DNA from: Squalus acanthias
Lineage: Eukaryota
Direction: 5' to 3'
Length of the DNA: 64,000 bases
Assembly (NCBI GenBank): GCA_030390025.1
Contig: CM059432.1
Span: 22,942,001-23,006,000, forward strand
The notes under the pieces were generated by a model. That model saw only the letters and a program-made list of their open reading frames with translations, was not told the DNA's origin and made no database searches. Positions 13,196 through 25,849 of the stretch are shown here, in pieces (the stretch's first letter is position 1; each line of letters starts with the position of its first letter). Position numbers and translations under genes: made by a program.

Positions 13196-13876
13196 ACTGT
13201 GCTGGGAGTACACCTGGACCGTGCAAATAGCCCAGGAGAGAAACATTGAGTGGTGTGCATGCCTCCTCTCACAGCTGCAGCACACCTCTGGTCTTGTCTG
13301 TTTTCTCCACAGATGCTGCCTGACCTGTTGAGTGTTTCCAGCATTTTCTGTTTTGTTTAAGTTCCATTAGTGTCCTGGCCAGCATTCCTCCTTTAACCAA
13401 AAGCAGAGTAACTGCTATTCAACTTGCAAAGTGCTATGGGTTGTGAAAAGGCACAATATAAGTGTAAGGTATAGGGAATATTTTAATGAATACTGCCCTT
13501 GGACTTTCCTTCAAATTTAACCATACCATTTTCTATTCAGCTATATTTTACATAATGAATATTAAATTCCGTGCTGGTTTATGGATTTCAGGCAATTCTG
13601 ATGAGTATCAGTTGCACACACTGACATGAATTTGTCTGCAAATACCTGTTTAAGCAGTGACCCTAATCTTCATGTAATTACCTTATACTGACATTTATAG
13701 ATCTCTTATCCAAAGTCATGCTGAGAGCTCCCTGCTGGTCTCTGGGCTGCACAGTACTGGAGGTGAAAGCTGCAGGGAGATGATCAAACAAAGACCAAGG
13801 CAGGAACCACTGGGAAGGCTAGTAAGTTAGTCCTTTGCATTTATAAAGCAGCTTCCTATCTCTGTAATCATTCTAG

Positions 13877-14095
13877 TCTGTCTGTCTGTCTCTGTCTGTC
13901 TGTCTGTCTGTCTCTATATATTATCTATCTATCTATCTAACATCTAGCTATTTAACATCTATCTATCTATCTATCTATCTATCTATTTATCTATCTATTT
14001 ATCTATCTATCATCTATCTATCTATCTATTTATCTATCTATTTATCTATCTATCATCTGTCTATCTATCTATTTATTTATCTATCTATCTATCTA
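13877..14095. repeat. Compound (TCTG)n/(TCTA)n microsatellite
   Basis: Directly visible. Confidence 0.97.
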
Positions 14096-14798
14096 ACTGC
14101 AGCCAGAATCTATAACAGTCCAAATGAAGGATGTAGATTAAATTGTGAATGTCTTATTTTGACCTCTATTGGAATATTTCAAATTCAGAGGGAACAAAAT
14201 TGGGTGCCTTTGTACCTCCCGTTAGTGCCCCCGGGGAGCGCTAACGGTGTGCATATGGCTTTGCGACCAGGCGCGGCGCTGACATCGACTCCCGCCATAT
14301 TCGGCGGGCCAATCTCCTTTGCCCAGGGATTGTGACGTCATCGCCGTGCGCATTGCCCCGGTAGCGCCCCGGACCCGAAATTGGCTTCCGCCCCCTGCAG
14401 CAGCACCGGTCGAAAACACCGACAGCTGCAGGAAGTGTGCGTCTGGCGGCCGGCCGCTTCGGGGGCGACGATTAAATGATGGTGGCCGAGGTAAGTGAAA
14501 AAAAAAATACCTTGTTCCAGTTTTTTTCGCGGGTTCCTGCCTGTGATCGATCAGCCCAGTACTCTGCTTGAGTGCCAGGCTGATCGCGCGGGATCGCAGC
14601 TGCCTTGGTGGTCCAGGTAGGTATTTTTTATATTGCAGAGCCTGCAGCGATGGTCCTTCATTTTAAGGGAGGGAAGGAGCCTTTGAACGCGGCAGCGCTG
14701 CGCTGAAATTGAATCTGAAATGAAAGTCCAAAACTGTTTGGGTTTTAATCTCTACTGCTTTGAAAGGACACAGTGAGATATTGGTGTGCAAACACTTA

Positions 14799-16535
14799 GG
14801 GAGGAATTTTTTGGGGTGTCAGCGGGTGGTGGGTCGGGTAGGAAGAAGTTTTCTTTTGACAGCGGGTCGGGACCTCGCTGTCAACCCGCCGCCATGCGCC
14901 TTTCCCAGATGCAGCGGCTGGGGAGGCAATTCAGGTCATTATGACCTTGTTAGCAGCCCATTAAGAAGTATTTTGAGCTCAACTTACCATTTTACGAGGT
15001 CGCCCACGGGGTCCACGTTGTTCCAGGATCACGTCAGGTGAGCAGGTTAGGAGTTGTGTTACCATGGAATCATCTCATTGCTTGACTGCTGCAAATGTGC
15101 TGCAAAAGCTCCTATCTCACATCTGTTCACTTTCCAAGCTCAGAAGCTATTGCTTACAATATTTGGAAGACAGATTGAGCTTTATGCAGGTTGCAAGTGT
15201 TTGGAGTAAACTCTCTATCCAGTATCACCTCATTGGAACAACCTCTCTCACCACTGAAAGATCGCTTCTGTCATCTCAAATTCACCTGCCATCTATTACA
15301 TCAGCATCGGTACCCTTGAAACTATTTCACCTTGGTCCTCAGAATCCCACCACGATCAGCCTCAACACAAGCATCACCAGGCACACCAGCAGCACTAACA
15401 ACAACAACAACCTTCTCCGCAATCACCTGATGCTGCACAGGACAGAGGGCATCACCACCCGACACATTGCTGCCTGGGGACGCCAGTGATGGCCTCACCA
15501 TAGCCAGATTTACTTCACTTAACACTGTACACCCTGGCTGCTACATGATGCGCCAGGTTGGCACCACTACACACCAACACCATAAAGCATCCCTACAATG
15601 TCCAAGCCATTCCTTTCACACTCATGATCATTGTGGGGGGGTACCGTTATGTCTCACCATTCACTAAGCCACTTCCAAAGTTTCACACAAAGCTGTCCAA
15701 GAATGCAAAGTGTTGAAAATAAAGATTTCAATGCTTGACAGCACATTAACAGAAACTTCACATGAACATTGGCTAAAACACACAAATGCCTACCCGTGTA
15801 TGTTGTTAGTTGGTATGATTGGACTAGGATGAGGTTGAGTGTGAGGGGTGGCGAGTGAGATGGGGATGTGATAATATAGATAGAGAGGGATGGATGGAGG
15901 TGCAAGGTAAGTTGCTTTGAGTAAGGATGTGCAGGAGTAGGGTAGGGAAGGCAGAGTGATGGGGATGTGATGAGTGGCACAGCAGGATGAGGTTGAGTGT
16001 GGCTTTGTACTAACGTTTCGTGATCAACTGAGATCATTGAAAAGTTTGTCCCACTGCAGTCTGGTCCTCCTGATGACCTCCCTGCTTGTGCCCTCCTATG
16101 CAATGTGCAACCAGGCTGTGTTGATCTCCTGGGGAGGTCTCTTCCGCCCATTGGAAGGGAAGAGAACCTCCCTGCGTGCTGAGACTCCCTCCATAAGCAT
16201 ATGGAGGGAGTCATGGGAGAGCCTGGGTGCAGCCCTGCACCTCTGTCCAATGCTTGTCAGAGTTTTGCAGCACCTCAATGCTGTAGAACACTGGCAGTAC
16301 AACTGTCAAAGTAAATTTGCGCATGGTCCCTTTAAGGAAACCGGCTGATGGCACGTCATCAAATGACGTCATCAGACCCGCTTCCTTCAGTTGGTCAGCA
16401 AACGCGCTGGGCGGGCTTAACAAGCCCAATCAGGGGAAAGTCATTTTGGACAGCGGGTTGGAGCCAGCAGCGGGGTTGGGACCCCCCACCGACGTTGCCC
16501 AGTATGGACCCGCCGAGGTTGGTAAAATTTTAATG
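14799..16535. mobile_element. Internally deleted Harbinger relic
   Basis: Q/H-rich transposase N-terminal remnant at ~15340-15480 (+); Myb/SANT exon remnant at ~16010-16250 (-): AAPRLSHDSLHMLMEGVSARREVLFPSNGRKRPPQEINTAWLHIA, homologous to 33484-33718. Confidence 0.8.
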
Positions 16536-17967
16536 TGTGGTATGAAATTCCTTTGTCTACTATTTTAATGGAGGTGATAAGTCATTTGAAATAAAATTAT
16601 CAATGCCGCTACTAAAATAGCAGACAAAGGCACTAAGCATTCCTGGGCTAATAACACGCAGTGTCATTTCAACGTATTAATCTGCAACAATCTTTTCCTC
16701 CTCTCCTTTCCTTTCATTCCCAAGTGACCACTCTTCATGGTTGCATTCTTTTAGATTTAGTTATCTTTATATTTCTTCCAAATGATTACTTTTCTTTCCT
16801 CTATTTTTTCTTCATTTAACACTTTTGATATGTTGGACAGAGGAATGCAATCAGCACAGCTGGTAGTGTAGTAGTAAAATAAATAACGGCAAGAATAAAG
16901 GAGATCAATAAAAATACACAACAGTAACTCACCAATGAAATGTTCAGTGCGATGGAGAAGTGCAGGGGGACTCCTGCTTATATTAGAAAATATGGTAATT
17001 CATGTAATAGACTCCAGATTGCTCCCAGGAAAATAATTGGGATCAGATAGTGCACAGAAGATTGCACTGTGATATAAGAGCTTGCAAAAGCAACTGGTGC
17101 TTCTGAACAACCAAAAAAGGCAACTCGGGGGAAAAAAATAAATCACACGGCAGCATTTTCTGAGGCAGTGTCTTTTACCCTGTCTGGTCCCATTTCCCAT
17201 GCTACTGTTTCCATGGCAGCACTCCCTGTTGCTGCTCTCACTTACAGATAGAAATCTGTATCAAAAATAACAAAATAACCATAATCAGCGCCTTCAGGTC
17301 ATCTACACATGCAACATTGAAGGATTCAGTTGTCACGCTCCTACCCAAATTATTATAATCTGAAAGCCCATTGTAAAAATGCCACTACTCTGTCTAAACT
17401 CTGACCTTTCTATAGGTGGGTTTTCCAAAGATTCAGTTTAGATGTCAGCCTAATTTCCTAATGATTATTGTGAACCAAGCGATAACTAATAGAGAAGTTT
17501 TTACAAATTAGAGGCAGAACCACATATTAAGATTGTTGGAGGTGACATTCCAGACAATTCTGCAAGTGCGCAGAGAGTGGGGTGGGACATAACTAATGCT
17601 GCTGGATCAGGGGAGAACCGAAACTTCTTACCTAATCCTGTCCCCCACTCTAACTGGTCAATAACTTTAACCAAATTAATTTGTATAATATAAAACAAAC
17701 CCTTTTTTAACAGATCGCCCCTACTTACCCATGTTCTTACCATGTCCTTCAAATTCTTCACCAGGAACAAGTCTAATTGCCTCTTGACCTATTTATACTA
17801 ATTACTTCCCTGATAACTAACTCCATAACTGTATTATCTTTCGTGCAACAACAAAACATGTCTTTCGTGTCTCTCCTTCAATCTCTTTACTTCCTAATAT
17901 CTGATTTTAAATTTTAAACACAATAAAGGAACCCAAAATATTCAAAATAAACCAAAATACGGTATCA

Positions 17968-18330
17968 AGGCTGACAGTCTAGGGCTGTATTGAGGGAGTG
18001 CTGCAAGGCGATGATGCCGTCTTTCAGATAAGACATTAAACTGAGGCCCTGTTGCTATCTCTGGCGGACATAAAAGATCCCATGGCACTATTTTAAGGAA
18101 GAGCAGGGGAGTTTTCCCTGGTGTCCTGGCCAATATTTATCCCTCAACCAACATCACTAAAATAGATTATCACATTGCTGTTTGTGGGGCCTTGCTGCAC
18201 ACAAATTGGCTTCCATGTGTAATTGTACGTTGTAACAGTGACTACACTTCAAAAGTACTTCATTGGCTGTAAACCGCTTTGGGATGTCCTGAGGTCATGA
18301 AAGGCGCCATATAAATGCAAGTCTTTCTAT
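17968..18330 (+). mobile_element. Deu-domain SINE (SacSINE1/AmnSINE1-like), 5' truncated
   Basis: GTCTTTCAGATAAGACATTAAACTGAGGCCC...TAAAAGATCCCATGGCACTA...GTGTCCTGGCCAA core; L2-like tail ATATAAATGCAAGT. Confidence 0.8.
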
Positions 18331-19290
18331 TTTTCCTTTCTTATGGATGGCATAGCAGCAGCACCCTGTGATATTACATGCTACAGGATGGCAATCACAT
18401 TTCCCAGGTCCAACAAAGAGCTTCCCTTCAAAGTGCTACCTTCAACTGGAATTATCATTTAGTAAAACCAAATTGAAGATTATGAAGTGAGTGTATCAAC
18501 CATTATGTGCCTAAGTCCTACATTCTCCATCAATGTCCTCAAAGTGTAGAGTTGAAATGGCGAGTTTATTGAAGCAGCCTAGGTTAATGATAATAAAATT
18601 CAGTTAACTCACACTGTCTGGCTCAGTTTCCCTGCTGATATTGCCAGCAACTACCATTTAAAATATTCAAATAACCCATAGATATGAAGGTGTAAAAATT
18701 GATAATCATTTAATATTTATACATGTACTAATGGTGAGAATCCTGCTCCATATCAACAAAATGACTGTTTTTGGTAAAAGGAGTATTCATTTAAACAACA
18801 TTTACATTGTTTAATGCAATGTTAAATCTGAAACCATAGCAGACCTGTAAAAACAAAGGTTTCTTTAAACAGTTACATATATCAGGTTCAAACAGCAGTA
18901 ATACTGTGCTCCCCAGAGTGGTCTACAGTTCCCACACGGCCAGTTCACAATGTCACTCAGATCATCTGAATGGAGATAAGATGCTAGAGGGAGTGAATGC
19001 CATTCTTGTGCCGAGTTCATGAATGATGTCGGTAGAGGTCTTGGAACAGATTCCTGTCTGCCCTCTGTTGAAGAATCAGAAAATAAAGTACAAGTTACAA
19101 AAGCAAGGACATGCGGAAGAGAGAATTGTAGATATCTTTGCTTACACTTTTTGAATTAAATCTGTTTTGATTTAATTTCTAATTTAAGAGTTTCTGTCTT
19201 TTAAGGGAGGCATATATGAGAATGTGTGACACTACACTGTACACCGTATATGTTTTAAAACGATAACAAAATTAATTGGTTATTTTCAAG

Positions 19291-20187
19291 GGAGTCCCAA
19301 CTGAGGGGAGGTCAGAATCCAAACTTAAAAAGGCCTCCAATAAGCTAAGCAGCCTCAATCTCAACCAAACTAAAGACGGAAAGAGCTTAAATGCAGCTGG
19401 TGCAAATCATTCAGCAACCCGTGATATGGACAGCCCTGCTGATGTATCCTTATCTGCCAATCCAGATGAGGGACAGCTCAAGGCTACATCACCAAAGTCA
19501 TACCAAGGAGCTAAGGTTGAATTAAAAGAACTTCCTCCTAAGAAGCCAATAAAGTTGGCTCCATTAGAACTCTCTGAGGATGTCAAGAAAGCCCAACTTG
19601 AGAAGCTTAGAGACATTCAAATAGAGGCCAAGATAGCTGCAGAGAAACTGGCCACCACTGGAGCAATTAACATTGAACACCAGCCAAAAAAAGTGAGGAA
19701 TCGCAAGCAGCTGGAGAACTTGGAGAAGATAAGGCTGGCAGAAAAGACATTTCTAGACAACCAAAAAGCCCCAAAACATCTGCTGCAAGAAGCACCATTT
19801 CTCCCTGCCAAGATCTCGTACTCAAGCACCAACCGGAAATTTGAAGAACCAGCACTTCCAAGCAAACCCTTGGTTCCTAAGAGCACAAAAATAAATGCTA
19901 AATCTGAAATAGCACATGAGGCACAGAGTTATATTCCTAATGAAAATCCTGAATCCTCACTCGGCGCTGTAAGAGGGAGATTAAGGCTGAGGCACGGAAA
20001 AGGCTGTGATAATGGAACACGTGATAAGTCTAAGCCTTTAAAACCATTGCGATTAACCTTTAGTAATGGTAAGATCAATGAAGAACTTAACACTGCCAGC
20101 CAGCAGACAGAGAAAGAACTCTGTGAGGCAAGCAAGCTACTTAACAATGGAGCCAGGGGAAAATGTATAAGAAAAACTAGTGGATAG
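19291..20187 (+). CDS. Putative terminal coding exon of an unidentified host gene (K/E/S/P-rich, short predicted coiled coil)
   Basis: Stop-free frame of ~298 codons in AT-rich non-repeat DNA; acceptor-like TATTTTCAAG at 19281-19290; AATAAA at 20615; no TE motifs recognised. Confidence 0.65.
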   Translation, partial: GVPTEGRSESKLKKASNKLSSLNLNQTKDGKSLNAAGANHSATRDMDSPADVSLSANPDEGQLKATSPKSYQGAKVELKELPPKKPIKLAPLELSEDVKKAQLEKLRDIQIEAKIAAEKLATTGAINIEHQPKKVRNRKQLENLEKIRLAEKTFLDNQKAPKHLLQEAPFLPAKISYSSTNRKFEEPALPSKPLVPKSTKINAKSEIAHEAQSYIPNENPESSLGAVRGRLRLRHGKGCDNGTRDKSKPLKPLRLTFSNGKINEELNTASQQTEKELCEASKLLNNGARGKCIRKTSG

Positions 20188-21029
20188 CAGACCTGATTTC
20201 AGCAAACTGAAAGAAGTTGCATACTTCAAGTCAGTGACCGTTGACGCTTTGAGAAACTAGTTTGCACAGGGGAAAAAAACAAAGAAAGAAATAACAGAAA
20301 AATGCCAAACCGTTGAGAAACAGATTATCAAATGCAGTAGAGGAGAGCACATCAGGAGCATTGCGAAAAGGAGTGTCTGCTTTGTAAGAAATTTATTCTT
20401 CTGTTTACATTTTCCAGCTTATATTTTTCCATGGATTGTAGTTGATTTTACTCTCGAATGTAGGACTGTTGCTGGGGTTGAATGATGGAATGAAAAATCC
20501 CACTGTAAATGACAAATCTGAATAACAAAGAACAAGCAATTTTGAATATGGCGAAAGGAATACCACGGGCACTGAACTATTCCCATTGATCATCCAAATG
20601 GAAATTCATACATGAATAAAATAGATGATGGCAACACATTTAAAATTTCAGCAAGCTCATTTGTTCCTTATGTTATGAATATGCAGGTTTATTTTGAATT
20701 CTCCTACTACAATGATGTAATTTCTGTTGTTTATATGCACCAGAATAGAAATATGCCAGTTTGAAGGTTGAGCTTCAACCGCTGACATATTATAGTACAA
20801 TGTGTTTGGTGGCTTGCAAGGAATTAAAAGTAGACTGTGCCAAGTGCACAGGTGGTACCAAGGTTGATGGCAAGGCACGGTCCTCAGAGGAATGGCTAAA
20901 ATTCAAAGAGATCTACAGATATTTAGCAACTGGGTTAATTGCAAATGACATTTAACCCTTACAGTATTAAATTCCATTAAGTCCTGAGGCTTACTTACTG
21001 TCTTGTTGCCGAGCAAAACAGTTCCTGGA

Positions 21030-21365
21030 ATCGAATCATATAGCACAGAAGGAGGCCATTTGGCCCATCGTGCCTGTGCCAGTACTTTGAAAAAGCTACC
21101 AATTAGTCCCACTCACTTGCTCTTTCCCCATAGCCCTGCAAATTTTTCTTTTTTAAGTAGGGATCCTTTTGAAAGTTACTATTAAATCTGCTTCTGCCAC
21201 CCTTTCAGGCAATGCATTCCAGATCATAACCACTCGTTGAACAAAAAAAATTCTCCTCATCTCCCCCTGGCTTTTTTGCCAATTATTTTAAATTTGTGTC
21301 TTTTGGTTACCGGCCCACCTGTGAGTGGAAACAGTTTCTCCCCAACTACTCTTTAAAAATCCCTC
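21030..21365 (-). mobile_element. CR1 3' end
   Basis: Similar to 26660-27050. Confidence 0.8.
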
Positions 21366-21426
21366 AAAACTTCTTGTTCTTGATATGATTCTAGTATCAA
21401 GAATTGACCTGCCACATCAAATTATA

Positions 21427-22028
21427 GAGATAGATTTTGGTCTGGGCCTGTTTTTTGACCAGTGTGCGCCCGAACCGAGAGGCCTGAGGATTGGTGAAAA
21501 TTAGTTCTCGAGCCTCATCAGCATACTGGCCACAAGTTGCTGGCGTTGTTCGCGCCACCACAGGCAGCTCGCCTGAGTGTAAAGATCAATTCCAGGCCGC
21601 CTCGCCAACATCGGCCCTCAGGTAAGCCTGGGAGTGGGGGTTGGAGTGGGTTACGGGGTGTGGGCAATAATCGTGACTCCTATGGAGTCGGTGGAGCACT
21701 TATGCTCCTCCAGTAATTTTTTTTTTAATTGCCTACCTTTCGTTGACGGCCACTGATTAATCCTGAGTGGGGCAGGCAGGCTGACTGTCCTACTCCTCAC
21801 CGACAAATTTCTTAATGAAGTCTTTCAACAGGCATTAGGCCCCCAATTTATATATTTAAGGTGCCTAAGGCCTGCTTTAAGTGTTTGCCCAGGACGCCTA
21901 AAAAAAGGACCCCACGAATTTAGCAGTGAGACCAATGCCTGAGCAGATTAGTCTCATTGCTAAATTGGTATGCTTTGCAGTGTTTTTTTGGGTGCAAAAC
22001 AGGTGCAGCGTGAAAGAATTTCTACCCC
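21427..22028. mobile_element. Harbinger-type MITE
   Basis: TIRs GAGATAGATTTT / AATTTCTACCCC; ATA on both flanks. Confidence 0.65.
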
Positions 22029-22149
22029 ATAGAATTTTGGTTTTACATTGGCTGCAAAACTAACCTTCAAAGTCAGTTTTCAGCCATTGAAAAAAGGTTG
22101 CTTCCACTACTAAAATGGGTAGAATAAGTAATATAGAAGCAGACTATTA

Positions 22150-22435
22150 GAACAATCTTAAAATTAGAGCTAGGCTGTTCAGGAATGAAATCAGGAAGCA
22201 CATTTTCACACAAAAGGTAGTAGAAATCTAGAACTGTTCCCCCCACCCCATAAGGCTGTGGATGCTGGGACAATTTGAGCTTTCAAGACTGAGATGTATA
22301 GATATTTGTTTGGTAAGGGTATCAAGGGATATGGAGCAAAGGCGGGCAAATGGAGCTGAGGTGCAGATCAGCCAAGATCTAATTGGAATGGGTTGAATGG
22401 TCTACTCCAGCTTCAAATGTTCCTATGTTCCTAAT
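22150..22435 (+). mobile_element. CR1 3' end
   Basis: Similar to other CR1 ends; ATGTTCCT tandem tail. Confidence 0.8.
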
Positions 22436-23603
22436 ACAGTTCAATTGAAATAAAATTAGGAAGATTGTGATAATAGTTGGTTTTTTTTTTGGTCAGCTTG
22501 TATGTGTGGAAGCCTTAGGAGTCTCCAAATCAAATACTGTACTGAGAAATTCACATAAATAGAACTTCACATTGCCTGAAGTGTGCACTAATCCCATGGA
22601 CAGATCCCAACCTGGCCTGAAGAACCCAGGTGCACTTTGAAAACTATCAAGGCTTATGAACACCCAAATGTGCATGGAGTACTGCTGTAACAGAAAACCA
22701 ACCCCTAAAGCAAAGACCACATTTACCTACTGCCATTCCCAAGGAGGTTAGACTCTAGTTGATCATTACACAAGACACAAGCATGGGTTTAATCCTTTGC
22801 TAGATGGGTCTTCCACCCAGCAGGAAGATAAGCAGCACCACTCACCATGAAATGTGTGAATATCTCCCTACTATCCTCTGCCCACAGCATGGACATACAC
22901 CATACCCTAGTAAGCAAAGCACATTTAAACCCTTATCATATGAACAGTTGCAAAGGCAAACAAAACAGAGGTCCAAGGCAAGGATACTGAAACTATCTAA
23001 CACATTAGTAAAATCATGAGGTAAATTTTCAGCTTCATTGCTTGGACAGTAATCTGGCGGAATCCATTGCCCTTCCATTATAGAACCCACCCAATTTTCA
23101 TTCCATTAAAATCAATGGAATGAAAATCGCGGTGTTATATAACAGGCGAAGGAACCACTCTGCAGATTACTGCCCATGTGCTGAAGATGAAAATTTATCT
23201 CTACATGTTATACAGTGTATTGAGTTGCAATCAAGGGCCCGAATTTGCAGTTGTAATGACGGCAAAACTGTCAGCGCTCGCCGTCATTACTGTGCAAAAC
23301 TGACAGCAATTGCTGGCATCTGCACATGTGCAGTTAAACGCGGAAATCTGGATGTTGCTGTCAGTGATACCCTGCTCCTCTACAGGGTACACTGTTGCAG
23401 TTTTCACAGATGCAAGCAACACAGAATCAGTGATTTGACGTGAACTTCAACTTTTTATGCACCATTCTCGCTGTAAAAACCATTGAAAATGTTAAGCCAT
23501 GTTGACTGAAGGGTAACTGAGTTTTTAATGGCATACTAAGTCATAATTACTGCTGTGAGAAGTTGCACAACACCAGGTTATAGTCCAACAGCTTTATTTG
23601 AAA

Positions 23604-23640
23604 TCACAAGCTTTCGGAGCACTGCTCCTTCGTCAGGTGA
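23604..23640 (-). ncRNA. Minimal hammerhead ribozyme motif (left arm)
   Basis: Minus strand TCAC-CTGACGA-A-GGAGC-agt-GCTCC-GAA-AGCT-T-GTGA. Confidence 0.75.
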
Positions 23641-23837
23641 AGTGAAGAGATACATATAGGCACAGCATATATAGTCAGAGACCACTGCCAGATGATTACA
23701 GTTAATCTTTCCAACTGCCCTTTATCACGCCTCGGCAGAGAGATAATCACGGCAATCAAAGGTGTGGAAAGATTAACTGTAATCATCTGGCAGTGTTCTC
23801 TGACTATATATGCTGTGCCTATATGTATCTCTTCACT

Positions 23838-23874
23838 TCACCTGACGAAGGAGCAGCGCTCCGAAAGCTTGTGA
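23838..23874 (+). ncRNA. Minimal hammerhead ribozyme motif (right arm)
   Basis: TCAC-CTGACGA-A-GGAGC-agc-GCTCC-GAA-AGCT-T-GTGA: core CUGANGA/GAAA, 5-bp stem II, palindromic AGCU stem III. Confidence 0.78.
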
Positions 23875-25059
23875 TTTCAAATAAAGCTGTTGGACTATAA
23901 CCTGGTATTGTGCGACTTCTCACATTTGTCCACCCCAGTCCAACACCGGCATCTCCACATCATAATTACTGCTGAACAGCCTCTCTGTCCCTGAAAAACA
24001 AATTTTATAAATGTGCAGCATCATTCCCCCAGAATAGCATTTAAAAATATATTTTTTTTAACGTTTGTTTATGATATTTCAACTTCTACCTAATCCCATG
24101 TGTATGTCCCAATCTTAATTTTGCTTTCTGTAAAATGATTAAAAAGTGAATTATAATCCATGCTTTTTGCTTCCTGGTTTGCTGTCTGTGAGAATTCTTC
24201 AATCTGATTGGCTGATCAGCCTGCTTGATGACTTCACTGTTGCTGGACACCACAGATCCCCTATAGATGGTGCGAGAATAACAACAACAACAGCAACAGC
24301 AACAACTTGTATAGGGGAGATCTTTGTGGGCAGCTTTTTTCGAGGTCAGCGACGACGCCGTCCCTTCGCCACTGACCGCAAAATCCAAGCCATTATATAT
24401 TTTTAAAAACCAATATTGGAGTAAATTTTACAATTAAGCATTCTTGACACAGAACTTAGTACAACAGGTGCCCATTTGTGGATTTTGGGTGTGGAAGTCT
24501 TTTCACCCTATTTGACAGCATGGCTTTCTGTCCACTCATTTTAATTATAAAATTTGCCCCATGGAGACAGTGCTGAGAATTCAGAGATGGGCAACAAAGC
24601 TGATTCCACAGTATTGATTCTCAAAATCCTTTCCCTGTTGAGATACCATGCACACCACCAATGTGCATTGGAATATAGCGGGCCCACTGCTCGCAGCCTG
24701 AGAGATACCCCGTCACAAGTAAAGATGTATAACTGGGTTATGACAAACAATAAGAAAGCATAATCTATTCCTAGTCAAAAAGAAAACAAAGACTCAAGGG
24801 CAATGTTCCCTTTAACCTGTGCAGGCCGCTCAATGGCGTTATAATGGGAAAAAACTGTGCACTTGTGGTAATTTGAATGGGCCGCGCAGCTCCTTAAAGG
24901 GGCTACGCACCCAAAAAAAATGTACAGGAATGTTGCTCAAGGGACAATTTTGTGAGGCTTCCCATTGCCAGCAAGGCCTCAAACACAGCCAGCAAGGAAT
25001 GCAAAATCACAGGCTGCACGATTTCCTGCCCTTGCCTCCTGAGCAACTAACCTATGTTC

Positions 25060-25232
25060 TTTCCTCCCCTCTCCCCTTTCCCTGCCTCTGCACTTGCTTA
25101 AAATCTGTTACATCTGTTACATCTCTAACTTTTTCCAGTTCTGATGAAAGGTCATTGACCTGAAATGTTAACTTTCTCTCTCCACAGATGTGGCCTGACC
25201 TGTTGAGAATTTCTAGCATTTTCTGCTTTTAT
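25060..25232 (+). mobile_element. Second PLE-type 3' end with hammerhead motif at 25137-25173 (fragments also ~11400-11495, ~13290-13355, ~28870-28950)
   Basis: AGTT-CTGATGA-A-AGGTC-att-GACCT-GAA-ATGT-T-AACT, followed by the shared CTCTCCACAGATG..CCTGACCTG tract. Confidence 0.7.
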
Positions 25233-25849
25233 AATCTATGTTGGGGTTCAGTTGCCACCGGCAGCTCTCCAATACCACATTAAAGTGGCCATCCTTCATG
25301 CATAAGATTAGGAAGAGAAGAAAAGATTATTAGATGCTGGCCACTATCTGGTGGTGTAAATTAAGTGGTGCAATTCAGAAAATGGGCAGAAATCCTGCCC
25401 CATTTGTGATTTATCCTGACACGTTTTCTGATGGGTGGGACCAGTAGAGGCAAAAGTTGAGGATGTTTCATTTAACTATTAATTTATGGGCATGTCAGTC
25501 CTGTATAGCATTTCCCATCACTCTGGTGATGTAAGGAACGCTGATTTGAAATGCGCATCCAGGGATGCTAAACGGCAGTAAATATCCTGGAAACCATGGA
25601 TAGGACACGGTGATAGAAAGGTAAGTGCATTTTAGCCATTTAAAAAAAAAATCTTACTTTTTTTTCATGCTGGCACTTCAGCTCTAATGAGCCCTGCAGT
25701 AAGTTATTCACCATTCTAGTACCAATTGGTTTCCCAATTAGAAGCCCCATATCTGATATGAATGGAAGATTTAGGAGAGCCTACTGAGGGCTGCTAAGCA
25801 ACTCAGGTTGCATGAGACATGCTCTGCTCACCTATGAATTACCACACAT

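Larger units (their letters stand above)
23556..23963. mobile_element. Penelope-like (PLE) fold-back insertion
   Basis: ~155-bp inverted arms, hammerhead motifs, 3' extension ...CTCCACATCAT; direct repeat TCATAATTACTGCTG at 23541-23555 and 23960-23974. Confidence 0.85.
23235..24390. mobile_element. Harbinger-type MITE hosting a Penelope-derived insertion
   Basis: GGGCCCGAATTTGC ... GCAAAATCCAAGCC ends; internal similarity to 12085-12722 and 61340-62098. Confidence 0.65.

Noticed and set aside
16933..16973. Short candidate exons with AG/GT borders (here on -, also ~10440-10500 on +)
   Set aside because: Such signals arise by chance; no recognisable peptide or linkage to other exons.
23604..23874. 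Two near-identical 60-aa ORFs on opposite strands
   Set aside because: A by-product of the inverted repeat.
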